From positions 1 to 43,596 of the forward strand of contig JBHLQM010000024.1 in the NCBI GenBank assembly GCA_048884785.1: 43,596 nt of DNA, written 5' to 3'. Numbering within the stretch: the first letter of the stretch is position 1; each line of letters begins with the position of its first letter. Shown here piece after piece: positions 1-8,722 of the stretch. The DNA comes from Candidatus Thorarchaeota archaeon (GTDB taxonomy: Archaea; Asgardarchaeota; Thorarchaeia; Thorarchaeales; Thorarchaeaceae). The notes below the pieces were generated by a model that saw only the letters and a program-made list of their open reading frames with translations, searched no databases and was not told the origin of the DNA. Position numbers and translations under genes: made by a program.

Positions 1-293
1 GTAGGACTCCCCATTCCTGATGAAGCAATTCCGGCTACCTCGTCCCCAGTTGGCAGAGCTTCGGAAACAAGCATTGATTCTTTATACTCTTCAGCAACTT
101 CCGATGGCGCTCCAAACATGGCTACAGTCTTTTTGGCGGAATTTACTGAGAGACTTCCTCCGCCTTCTTCCTCAGCGGCTTCGATAATGTAGCTTCTGAG
201 TTCTTCCACAACATCGTCAGCTATAGTATCAGGAAGAAAACCTCTTACAAGATCAAGATATCCATCTATGACCTTTAATGCCTCGTCGGTCAT
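1..293 (-). CDS. HAAS-domain protein, partner of PadR; 3' end runs off the window
   Basis: Not in the ORF track. My translation from ATG 293, which overlaps the PadR stop as ATGA: MTDEALKVIDGYLDLVRGFLPDTIADDVVEELRSYIIEAAEE...AMFGAPSEVAEEY. The YL-x-LP-x-EL-x-FGxP-x-A pattern is typical of HAAS domains encoded behind PadR genes. Confidence 0.8.
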   Translation of the reverse strand, partial: MTDEALKVIDGYLDLVRGFLPDTIADDVVEELRSYIIEAAEEEGGGSLSVNSAKKTVAMFGAPSEVAEEYKESMLVSEALPTGDEVAGIASSGMGSP

Positions 294-667
294 AGAAGAT
301 CTGCCTCCATTAAGAGATTCTTTAGTTGGCTGTTCAAGTCTTGCCATGATTCCACCATCCTGTCCAAATACTCTCGGCCTTCCCGAGTGATGTAGTAATG
401 CCTTCGGGTTCTACCATCGGATTCGACTCTGTGTCCCTCTAGCATTCCACGTTTTTCCAGTCTCCGAAGGAGTGGATAGGTTGTGCTGGGTTCAACCTGT
501 AGTGCCTTGTAGCCGGCTTCGCTTAGCCTTTTCATTATGTCATAGCCATAGCTCTGCCCAGCTGAGATAACTGCCAGAATGGCCAGAGAGAGTGCGCCTC
601 TTCGAACTTCGAGTTTCCATTTCTGGTACTCAAGTTCAGGATTGTCGTCAGAACTCTCTTTGCTCAT
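290..667 (-). CDS. PadR-family transcriptional regulator
   Basis: RRGALSLAILAVI...SYGYDIMKRL...TTYPLLRRLEKRGML...RRHYYITREGREYL are PadR winged-helix motifs. Confidence 0.93.
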   Translation of the reverse strand: MSKESSDDNPELEYQKWKLEVRRGALSLAILAVISAGQSYGYDIMKRLSEAGYKALQVEPSTTYPLLRRLEKRGMLEGHRVESDGRTRRHYYITREGREYLDRMVESWQDLNSQLKNLLMEADLL

Positions 668-688
668 ATACTGGCACCCCTTCTGCCA

Positions 689-744
689 ATACTATGTTCA
701 ACGATAGTATCGTGGCACGATATAGTATGCGCCACATACTATAT
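689..744. promoter_or_regulatory. Three overlapping palindromes upstream of padR; probable autoregulatory operators
   Basis: ATACTAT-N8-ATAGTAT (689-710), TATCGTG-G-CACGATA (708-722) and ATATAGTATG-N5-CATACTATAT (720-744). Confidence 0.65.
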
Positions 745-817
745 TAAATATTTCTACAAGCGCTAAAGAAGCCAAAGACCTAAATAACAATCAACGGCGT
801 TCGGTATTGGTGGCAGG

Positions 818-1234
818 ATGTCCAAAACAGGAAAAATAGCAGCTCTGTTAGATAATCTCAACATAAAGTATAGCCAAACTGAAAAATCTATTCATCTCAG
901 ATGGAAAACAAATCACTTTGATAATCTGAGAATAAAAATAGCTCCCAGCGAAACAGATGAATGGATCCATATTGTGGCATTATTCTCAAGTTTTAATGAC
1001 ATTGAAAAGTCACTCAGATACCAATTCGCCAAAAAGATGCTTCAAGCTTCTTGGAAATACAATGGTATAAAATTCGCTCTTTCGGATCAGGATGATGTCA
1101 TAGTTGCAGCTCAAACAAACGATGTCGATTTAACCGAGGGAGAGCTACAAACTTTAATTGACAATGTTGTACATGGGTGCGAGATTCTATGGGATATCTC
1201 ATATTCTCTCAAGCAGACTAACAACACAACTTAA
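818..1234 (+). CDS. YbjN-like (secretion-chaperone fold) protein
   Basis: 138 aa; 'LDNLNIKY', 'KMLQASWKYNGIKFALSDQDDVIV' and 'LTEGELQTLIDNV' follow the YbjN pattern. Confidence 0.6.
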   Translation: MSKTGKIAALLDNLNIKYSQTEKSIHLRWKTNHFDNLRIKIAPSETDEWIHIVALFSSFNDIEKSLRYQFAKKMLQASWKYNGIKFALSDQDDVIVAAQTNDVDLTEGELQTLIDNVVHGCEILWDISYSLKQTNNTT

Positions 1235-1277
1235 TAACACAGAGTCTAAAAACCTATAATCTGAATGAAAAACGTGG

Positions 1278-1835
1278 GTGCAATTCAAAGTGAGTGGAAC
1301 CCGAACTATAGGAATTATTCAGCCTGAACGGCTGATAGCAAAGATGTATCAGAAAAGGGCCGCAGCGTACATTTTCTATGTTCTCGGAGTGATACTTTTC
1401 CTTGTTGGATGGGCCTTCATGGTTATGAGTTCTATCAAATTTGTAGAGTACACTTTCTCCGCATGGTATATGGCTCTTTGGTCAATGATAGTTGGATTTC
1501 TCTCCATTTTTTGGGCGGAAGTCAACAGAAGGTATACACTCTACATCATAACTTCATGGAATATCAGAAGAAGAGATGGATATTTCAAGCGTGTTACAAC
1601 TAGAGTATTCTTAGATGAAATCGTCAAGGTGGAAATTTCTGCAGACCCTGAAGACAGAATCGTCGGTCAAGGTGATATCCAGATATTTGTGGAGGGTGAA
1701 GACAACCCAGCACTCGTTCTTAATGCAATTGACAATCCCAGAGGAATCTATGAGATCATCATTAGACTAACACAAACAATACCTGAGGAAATTCCTTGGT
1801 CTCATATTGAGAAAACGCGAAAGGTTCAGTATTGA
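1278..1835 (+). CDS. Membrane protein with bacterial PH (bPH_2) domain
   Basis: Two TM helices, then YIITSWNIRRRDGYFKRVTTRVFLDEIVKVEI...RIVGQGDIQI...LNAIDNP. Start codon uncertain. Confidence 0.75.
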   Translation: MQFKVSGTRTIGIIQPERLIAKMYQKRAAAYIFYVLGVILFLVGWAFMVMSSIKFVEYTFSAWYMALWSMIVGFLSIFWAEVNRRYTLYIITSWNIRRRDGYFKRVTTRVFLDEIVKVEISADPEDRIVGQGDIQIFVEGEDNPALVLNAIDNPRGIYEIIIRLTQTIPEEIPWSHIEKTRKVQY

Positions 1836-1896
1836 TCCACATTTTGTAGATATGTTATAGTAAATGAGAACTCCTGAATTTGAGGCGAATTGAAGA

Positions 1897-2727
1897 TTGA
1901 AGAACGCGCAGATTCCCTATAGGGACAAAATTGGTGACGAAAAAACACTTACACTCCCAAGTAATGCTAAGGCTCTCGATCTATCTGCAAGACTCCTAGA
2001 ATTCGTAGATCTATCAGAAATTGCAATATGCAATGAGCTAGAAACTGTGGACATTTCTGAGAATATGGCAAAATCCATTGACCTAACTCCCTTTTCTGAA
2101 TGCAGAGAGTTAAAGAAAATCAATTTGGGATTCAATCTCCTAAATCATGTTGATATAAAATGTCTTGGAGAACTGGAAAAATTAGAAATCCTAAAACTTC
2201 ACAACAATTCTTTGGCAAACATTGATTTGACTCCTATCAGCCAGTTGATTTCCCTAGAAGAGATCTGGCTCAATGAAAACAGGCTTAGCGTTATTGATTT
2301 ATCACCACTCGCAAAATGCAAATCCTTCAGGTCTCTAAGATTGGATAGTAATGAACTTCGGAATATCGACTTGGAACCATTGTCAGAATGCGGAAATTTT
2401 GAGGAATTGTTTCTAGAACGGAATCCCTTAGAGTATCTAGAGCTGGAATCACTGAAAGAGGCTGTGAAACTCAAAGGGCTTTGGCTAAGATCTACAGATC
2501 TTGCATCACTTAATCTCGAATCACTGGGAGACGCCTCCGAGTTGAAATGGCTAGACCTGAGCGGTAATCCATTACAAGAGCTCGATATCTTGCCTTTGCT
2601 CTCAAATAGCAATCTTGAGTTGCTCTTAGTTGACAATTCTACTAAGCTCAAAGCACCATCAAATTTTCGGAATCGGATTTCCTCAGACGGTATACGAAAA
2701 ATCTATGGCCAAATTGAATGGACATAG
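1897..2727 (+). CDS. Leucine-rich repeat protein
   Basis: About ten 22-aa repeats of the form LxxLxLxxNxLxxIDLxPL. Confidence 0.92.
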   Translation: MKNAQIPYRDKIGDEKTLTLPSNAKALDLSARLLEFVDLSEIAICNELETVDISENMAKSIDLTPFSECRELKKINLGFNLLNHVDIKCLGELEKLEILKLHNNSLANIDLTPISQLISLEEIWLNENRLSVIDLSPLAKCKSFRSLRLDSNELRNIDLEPLSECGNFEELFLERNPLEYLELESLKEAVKLKGLWLRSTDLASLNLESLGDASELKWLDLSGNPLQELDILPLLSNSNLELLLVDNSTKLKAPSNFRNRISSDGIRKIYGQIEWT

Positions 2728-2801
2728 AAATACCGAGTATGTCATACACCCGCAATACTAGAGCTAATTTTGAATGATTGATGCTTTCTAGTTGTGATAA
2801 C

Positions 2802-3470
2802 ATGGCCAGTCCTGATGAAAACGCAGCAAGACTAACTCTGAAAATTGCAGGAGTCTTTCAGGAAGTAAGAGATGATTGGGTAAGACGTATTGAAGAATAC
2901 TATAATGACATTGAGAAGCTTATTCAAGGACAATGGCTTGGTTCAGAAGATATGCTGAGCGTTCTAAGAGAGGCTCGAAAAGCATCAAAGGAGGCGATAG
3001 ATGGACTCGGAACAGACCTTAGTGCAGAGCTGGTTCATGAGTCAAGTGGCGTTTTTGGTCGCTTTGAGGCTGAACGTGAATCACTAGTGGAGGAGATCAA
3101 TGACCTTAGAAATTCTCTCGTGATAGCCAATTCAGGTAATGAAGGCTTGATAAGGCATGAGAATGAAGCTCTTAGATTGGCTCTATTCAGAATTCCGGAG
3201 TATAAACTCCTAAAATTATTGGGAAGCCATGGTAAATGCAGCTATAGCGACTTGGAGAAGATCTCGGGTATGCGATTGGCCGAGATTCGAAAGTATTCAA
3301 AGCAACTCTGCAAAATGGGCTATGTTTCGATTGACAAGAAGAAACGTCCACATCACGTTGTTTTCCTGTGCGCTCCTTGGCGAAGCAATCAGCCCCTTCA
3401 GTTATCCGATAGCTCAGTTCCTCTTAGCCTAGAAGCAAAAGGCCAGAGGACATTATTCGAACACCAATAA
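2802..3470 (+). CDS. Hypothetical protein: helical/coiled-coil N-terminus plus C-terminal winged HTH
   Basis: Heptad stretch ERESLVEEINDLRNSL...RHENEALRLAL, then YKLLKLLGSHGKCSYSDLEKISGMRLAEIRKYSKQLCKMGYVSID. ATG 2802 chosen over TTG 2778. Confidence 0.6.
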   Translation: MASPDENAARLTLKIAGVFQEVRDDWVRRIEEYYNDIEKLIQGQWLGSEDMLSVLREARKASKEAIDGLGTDLSAELVHESSGVFGRFEAERESLVEEINDLRNSLVIANSGNEGLIRHENEALRLALFRIPEYKLLKLLGSHGKCSYSDLEKISGMRLAEIRKYSKQLCKMGYVSIDKKKRPHHVVFLCAPWRSNQPLQLSDSSVPLSLEAKGQRTLFEHQ

Positions 3471-3507
3471 GACTTTGTTAAATAGCCGCAATGCCTATGT
3501 AATTGTC

Positions 3508-4722
3508 ATGTCGCGAGTATTTGTTCTGGGCGGTTGTGGTTCAGTAGGCAGTATTGCTGTCAAAACTCTGCTATCAACTGATGATTTTGATGAGATTATT
3601 GTTAGTGATATCGATATCAAAAAGGCCAAGGAGTTCGTCACCAAGCTGCATAATCCTAGGCTCTCAGCAGTCAAGATTGATGCACTAGACTCTAGCTCCT
3701 TGAAAAAGGCGATAGCCGGGTCTGATGTTGTACTTAACTGCTCGGGTCCGTTTTACAAGCTTGGACCAACCATTTTGAGAACAGTGATAGACTCTAAGAT
3801 TGACTATGTTGATGTGTGCGATGACCTAGATGCTACTATGGCATTACTTGAGATGAATGAAACTGCACAAAAGAAGAATGTCTCCGCCTTGATTGGGATG
3901 GGTAGTTCTCCCGGAGCTGCAAATCTTCTTGTCAAGTTCTGCGCTGATCATATGCTTGAAAGTGTTGACTCAATTGATATATTGCATGCGCATGGGGGCG
4001 AACCCAGCGAAGGTGCCGCCGTGGTCGCACATCGGATACACAGTATGATATCCCCAATTCCTATGTTCTTGAACGGGAAGTATACTACTGTCAGCTATTT
4101 TGAAGAGAGCGGAATCGCCCTTCAAGAAGTTGTGGACTTCCCTCAGATTGGCTCATACCTGTGTTTTCCATACCCGCACCCTGAAACTATCACATTGCCA
4201 AAATACATCAAATGCAATAGAGTCACTAATCTTGGATGCGTCCTTCCTCCAGCGTATTATGCACTAACGCAGGAGATTGTGAAGATTGGAATGGTTAATG
4301 AAGAGTTTATCCATGTTGGCCAAAGCGAAGTTTCCCCTCGCGACTTTGCGATTGCATACATCATTAATGAACGTGAACGAATCCTCAAGGAGACCAACTT
4401 TGGAGAGCAACGCGGAAGTCTAAAAATATCAATCAAAGGCGTTGAAGATGGAGAACCCAGGCAATACAACTTCTCAATGTCCTCAATTGGCCAATCAATG
4501 GGCGAAGGAACCGGTATTCCTGCAGCTCTGGGTGCCATGCTAATGAAGAGAGGTAAGATTTCGGAGAAGGGTGTTCTTCCTCCTGAGGCCTGCGTCAATC
4601 CACTTGATTTTCTTGGGCTAATGCAAGAGCATCTGAAACTGGATAAAATGACAAGCAAAGGATCGCCTTTGCTTATCGAATCAATTGATAAAGAAGGCAA
4701 TGTAACACATTTGGATATGTAG
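3508..4722 (+). CDS. Saccharopine dehydrogenase-family NAD(P)-dependent oxidoreductase
   Basis: VLGGCGSVGS Rossmann motif, DVVLNCSGPF, YVDVCDD, GMGSSPG, HPE and GVLPPE. Confidence 0.9.
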   Translation: MSRVFVLGGCGSVGSIAVKTLLSTDDFDEIIVSDIDIKKAKEFVTKLHNPRLSAVKIDALDSSSLKKAIAGSDVVLNCSGPFYKLGPTILRTVIDSKIDYVDVCDDLDATMALLEMNETAQKKNVSALIGMGSSPGAANLLVKFCADHMLESVDSIDILHAHGGEPSEGAAVVAHRIHSMISPIPMFLNGKYTTVSYFEESGIALQEVVDFPQIGSYLCFPYPHPETITLPKYIKCNRVTNLGCVLPPAYYALTQEIVKIGMVNEEFIHVGQSEVSPRDFAIAYIINERERILKETNFGEQRGSLKISIKGVEDGEPRQYNFSMSSIGQSMGEGTGIPAALGAMLMKRGKISEKGVLPPEACVNPLDFLGLMQEHLKLDKMTSKGSPLLIESIDKEGNVTHLDM

Positions 4723-4769
4723 GAGTCACTGTATATATGGTGGTTTTCCTTTCTCAAAGGGGGATGTAA

Positions 4770-6347
4770 ATGCCTGAAGAACGAGAGAAGAAGTATGTAA
4801 TCGCCGTGGATCATGGAACATCCGCCATGAAAGTGGCACTTACTGATACTTGCGGGGAGATACTTGCATTTGAGATGGAGAGCACACCACTATACCTTAT
4901 CGATGGAGGTGGCGCAGAACAGAATCCCGATGAATGGTGGCAGGCATTCGTAAAAAGCACAAGACGCCTTTTGCAACAGAATATTGTGCCAATTGAAGAG
5001 ATCGTTGCCATTTGTGTATCAAGTCAATGGTCGGGAACTGTGGCTGTTGATTCAGATGGCAATCACCTCACAAATGCAATAATCTGGATGGATTCACGTG
5101 GTCAGCCTTACATCAAACGGATCAATGAGGGCATTATCAATATCTCCGGCTATGGAATTCTCAACATTGCACGATGGCTACGCAGCACGGGAGGTCTCCC
5201 AGCCAAGAGTGGGAAAGACCCAATTGCACACATACTCTTTCTGAAACATGAGCATCCTGACATCTATGATGCAACCTTCAAATTCCTTGAGCCAAAGGAT
5301 TACATGAATCTCCGCTTGACAGGAAAATTCGCAGCTTCATTTGATTCAATAATGCTGCACTGGGTCACGAATATCAGAGATATCAATAATGTTCACTACA
5401 ACAAAGGTCTGATCAAGAAAATGGGTATTGACGAGAACAAGCTTCCCCCACTTATGAGTTCGATAGATATTCTCGGCCCAGTCAAACCAGAGGTCGCGCA
5501 AGAGCTTGGTATTCTTGAGAAAACCCAAGTTGTCGTTGGATCGCCGGACCTTCAATCAGCCGTCATTGGTTCAGGTGCAGTTCGTGACTATGAGGGTCAC
5601 GTCTACATTGGAACTAGTAGCTGGGTATCATGCCACGTGCCTTTCAAGAAGACCGACATTACACACAATATGGCAGCGGTTCCTTCCTCAATACCTGGGA
5701 GGTATTTCGTCGCCAATGAACAGGAGAGTGCAGGTGCGTGTCTCACATTCCTAAGAGATAATCTGTTGTTCACTGATGACGAAATAAGAAAGGGGAACCC
5801 AGAAGTCTACAAAGAGTTCGATGAGATAGTCAAGACAGCTCCTCCAGGAAGTAAGGGTATTATATTTACGCCATGGCTCTATGGGGAAAGGACACCAATT
5901 GAGGACCATACTGTACGAGGAGGTTTTCACAATGTTTCACTTGGTGCAACCAGGGAGGACTTTGTTCGTGCAATCTTTGAGGGGGTTGCGCTGAATAGCA
6001 GGTGGCTATTCGAACTTGTTGAAAAGTTCATCAAACGACAGATGAATCCTGTGAATCTGATTGGAGGAGGGGCACAATCAGATGTGTGGTGTCAGATTTA
6101 TGCAGATGTTCTTAACAGAACAATAAGGCAGGTCAAAGACCCAATAATGGCTAATGCTCGTGGGGCAGCATTCATAGCTGCATCAGGCCTTGGTTACTGC
6201 ACATTCAATGACATTCCCAATCTGATCCAGTACTCGAATACCTTCGAACCCAATCCTGAGAATAGGGTGTTGTACGATTCATTGTTCAAGGAGTTCCTGA
6301 ATATCTACAAGAATAATAAATCGATGCATAAGCGTCTCAATGAGTAA
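4770..6347 (+). CDS. FGGY-family carbohydrate kinase (xylulokinase-like)
   Basis: IAVDHGTSAMK, EQNPDEWW, IIWMDSR, GTSSW, PWLYGERTP, RAIFEGVA and GGGAQSDVWCQIYADV. Confidence 0.92.
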   Translation: MPEEREKKYVIAVDHGTSAMKVALTDTCGEILAFEMESTPLYLIDGGGAEQNPDEWWQAFVKSTRRLLQQNIVPIEEIVAICVSSQWSGTVAVDSDGNHLTNAIIWMDSRGQPYIKRINEGIINISGYGILNIARWLRSTGGLPAKSGKDPIAHILFLKHEHPDIYDATFKFLEPKDYMNLRLTGKFAASFDSIMLHWVTNIRDINNVHYNKGLIKKMGIDENKLPPLMSSIDILGPVKPEVAQELGILEKTQVVVGSPDLQSAVIGSGAVRDYEGHVYIGTSSWVSCHVPFKKTDITHNMAAVPSSIPGRYFVANEQESAGACLTFLRDNLLFTDDEIRKGNPEVYKEFDEIVKTAPPGSKGIIFTPWLYGERTPIEDHTVRGGFHNVSLGATREDFVRAIFEGVALNSRWLFELVEKFIKRQMNPVNLIGGGAQSDVWCQIYADVLNRTIRQVKDPIMANARGAAFIAASGLGYCTFNDIPNLIQYSNTFEPNPENRVLYDSLFKEFLNIYKNNKSMHKRLNE

Positions 6348-6390
6348 TAGCCCCTCAGCTATAGAATTCATTGAATTGAACCTACCCAAA

Positions 6391-6423
6391 CTTTAAATTG
6401 GTTGTGCAACACACATGCACAAC
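6391..6423 (+). promoter_or_regulatory. TATA box followed by palindromic operator GTTGTGCA-N7-TGCACAAC
   Basis: CTTTAAAT at 6391-6398 and a perfect 8-bp inverted repeat at 6401-6408/6416-6423; the motif recurs at 14072-14094. Confidence 0.7.
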
Positions 6424-6484
6424 TGAATCAACCAAGTGCGATAACGCTTCGATTGAGAAACTACAATTCGCTCGAGGATTCCAA

Positions 6485-7036
6485 ATGAAATCAAAGATAA
6501 TGGCCAAAGCCGCAGGCGTCACCAGTATTGTTGCCTTGGCATTCATTTTAGGGATAGTGTATATTCAGGCCACCGGAAATTGGCCCACTGCGCAGTTGCA
6601 ACGCGATGTACATCTGGGCGAATCTACAATAGAGCTCCCAGATTGGAGCTTCACCCTTTCGAATGATGAATCTGATCAATTGTCAAATTACAGGGGTCAG
6701 ATTTTGATAGTAGAACTGATGACCACATGGTGCACTTCCTGTAAGGCTCAAATTCCTCTGTTTGAGAATTTGTTGCTTATACGAAACGATATTCAGATTC
6801 TAGCTCTCACTGTGGACAAAGCTGAAACACCGCAGATGATGGCTGACTACAAAACTAGCGAGGGATTCAGTTGGCCATGCGGAGTTGAAGCGGAAGGAAC
6901 GTTCTCCCAATTCTTGGATGTAAGCCTAGTACCTACAATCATTATTATTGACCAATCCGGGTATCTCAGATGGATTCATGAAGGGACTTGGAGCTCAGCT
7001 TCACTTAACAGCACATTAGACTCGATTGGACTCTAG
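6485..7036 (+). CDS. Membrane-anchored TlpA/ResA-like thiol-disulfide oxidoreductase
   Basis: N-terminal TM helix, TWCTSC active site, VPTIIIIDQSG (cis-Pro loop); GAGGA SD before ATG 6485. Confidence 0.88.
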   Translation: MKSKIMAKAAGVTSIVALAFILGIVYIQATGNWPTAQLQRDVHLGESTIELPDWSFTLSNDESDQLSNYRGQILIVELMTTWCTSCKAQIPLFENLLLIRNDIQILALTVDKAETPQMMADYKTSEGFSWPCGVEAEGTFSQFLDVSLVPTIIIIDQSGYLRWIHEGTWSSASLNSTLDSIGL

Positions 7037-7569
7037 TCCACCCATTTCAGTGACTGCTGAATAGCTTTGAAAACGATGTTTGCGACTTTGGTTGGAGCTG
7101 CATTTCGATTTAAAGGGACATTCCATTCACTAGCAAGTACTTCCAATAGTTTTACGCAATCATCTGAATCTTGACAGCTAGCGCAATCACCATCATGGCC
7201 GAACCAAACTTGCACACCAATCCGTGGTGAGTAGGTTATAATCGTTTCAGATTTGAAGGCTCCAGAGTATCCTACTGCAAAACCATGAAATGAACTAATA
7301 TGATGTACCTGGACCCGATTGATATGGGCAGTATGCTCCATAAGATGACGAATCCTAGTTTCTGCAGTACGTAATGATTTGCTTACGAATGCTCGGGTGA
7401 CGTCGAGCTGATCTGCTATTTTCGATGGCAGCATTCCCTGTCGACGTTTAAGCCAGATTTCACTCTGTTTTTCACTTGGATAGCGGAGCATCCTGCTTTG
7501 TTTGAATTTGCTTCTTCCAATATTATCTTGCATAAAGAATGTGGCTCCATTCAGATTGCGTGCATACAT
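7033..7569 (-). CDS. Putative transcriptional regulator: HTH plus Cys-rich metal-binding domain
   Basis: SEKQSEIWLKRRQGMLPSKIADQLDVTRAFVSKSLRTAETRI is a sigma-4/LuxR-like HTH; HDGDCASCQDSDDC follows. True start may be ATG 7491. Confidence 0.65.
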   Translation of the reverse strand: MYARNLNGATFFMQDNIGRSKFKQSRMLRYPSEKQSEIWLKRRQGMLPSKIADQLDVTRAFVSKSLRTAETRIRHLMEHTAHINRVQVHHISSFHGFAVGYSGAFKSETIITYSPRIGVQVWFGHDGDCASCQDSDDCVKLLEVLASEWNVPLNRNAAPTKVANIVFKAIQQSLKWVD

Positions 7570-7726
7570 TACTGTGTGGTCCTGAGATATAAGTTAACCT
7601 GTTATAGGCAACTGGTATTGTCAAAATGGCAAATAAACAGGATATGATTGATTATTTTGTCGAAATGCGCATCTATTAACCATTTAATGGCAATAGTTTA
7701 TATGCCTTGAAAACAAGCATACCCTG

Positions 7727-7894
7727 ATGGGTGCAGTGCGGGAATCGTGGTTGGCGGAGAGATCACGTAATTGAAGTAGCATAATGCGTGATGCTTCACA
7801 CGACTGTTAGCGGGATTTTCAAAGGTCTCTTCAATATTTTTGGTCCAACCGGGGGGAAATGGAGGACCAGGACCTCCTATGAGGTCCTACCTCC
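7727..7894 (+). ncRNA. Candidate structured small RNA
   Basis: TATA TTTATATG at 7697-7704 with no credible long downstream CDS. Long hairpin TCGTG/GGAG/ATCACGTA...TGCGTGAT/CTTC/CACGA (7745-7804) whose G-U pairs favour the + strand. Ends at a strong hairpin (7861-7894). Confidence 0.45.
7861..7894. terminator. Stem-loop, probably a bidirectional terminator
   Basis: GGAGG-acc-AGGACCTC-CTAT-GAGGTCCT-a-CCTCC, immediately after the stop of the minus-strand ECF gene. Confidence 0.7.
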
Positions 7895-7902
7895 AAATTC
7901 AT

Positions 7903-8532
7903 CTAGAAACTATCCTCAAATTCATCGGCTAATTCCTGAAGAACAGGCTCATGAATGCTATCGATTTGAAGTTTCATATCACCTGGAACCATTGTGTAGA
8001 TAATGGCGCCACCGAGTACATTGACCAAGGACTGAATGATATTCCAGGGCACCAATATCAGAGCAATTGCTGCAGCAGCATCGTATTCATATCCCCATAG
8101 AATTGGCAGCAATTGCAAGTTGACGAAATACATACCAATGCCGCAAAACAGGGATGCCAAGACTGCATACACAGCAATACGAGTCCTGAATGTTACATTT
8201 GTATTTCTAAGAAGTATCATACCAAGCGCAAGTGCCAGTATCTTGAATAGTTCTGCAGGGACTTTAAATAGAGCTCCAATGGGGTTTCTATATCCTATTG
8301 CAGCCCACATCACTCCTATTCCAACCAGAGAAAGAAACGTACCAAAGAAAAAGAAGATCAATACAAGTGGAATTCCTGTCCAATCCAATGTAAACTGCAC
8401 ACCCGGGATCCTTATGTCAGTTAATCCAACAATTGGAAACACCTCTAAAGCTATTACCATTGCCATGAATACAGATGTGACAGCAATAGTTCGGGAATCC
8501 AATTTGCGAGGTACTATGCCATATCTATGCAA
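7903..8532 (-). CDS. ECF transporter S-component (substrate unknown; RibU/PanT-like)
   Basis: SRTIAVTSVFMAMVIAL N-terminal helix, FTLDWTGIPLVL, about 6 TM helices, ILVPWNIIQSLVN; AGGAG SD. Confidence 0.8.
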   Translation of the reverse strand: MHRYGIVPRKLDSRTIAVTSVFMAMVIALEVFPIVGLTDIRIPGVQFTLDWTGIPLVLIFFFFGTFLSLVGIGVMWAAIGYRNPIGALFKVPAELFKILALALGMILLRNTNVTFRTRIAVYAVLASLFCGIGMYFVNLQLLPILWGYEYDAAAAIALILVPWNIIQSLVNVLGGAIIYTMVPGDMKLQIDSIHEPVLQELADEFEDSF

Positions 8533-8722
8533 TTGTCAGGCTCCTGTTTATGGATATTTTAAATGGTCTTGAAGGGCTCCTTCAATTCTAGGATAAAAAG
8601 AAGTCGATGCGGTTGCAGTGAATCTTCCTGTCGTGCATGAAGGGTATATCTTCAAGTGCTCGTTGGGACACAATAACCTCTTTCTATGAATGGGAGAATG
8701 AATTTTCAGCAAAGGCAAATAT

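Noticed and set aside
1897-2727. Nucleotide-level periodicity as a repeat array
   Set aside because: Explained by LRR coding repeats; no identical direct repeats with spacers.
7727-7810. UGA read-through (selenocysteine) of a leaderless 15-aa ORF followed by a hairpin
   Set aside because: The read-through product is only 27 aa with no redox motif, and no convincing SECIS was seen.
7788-8003. 71-aa ORF with amphipathic start (TVSGIFKGLFNIFG)
   Set aside because: No SD; it runs through the terminator hairpin and overlaps the ECF gene antisense by about 100 nt.
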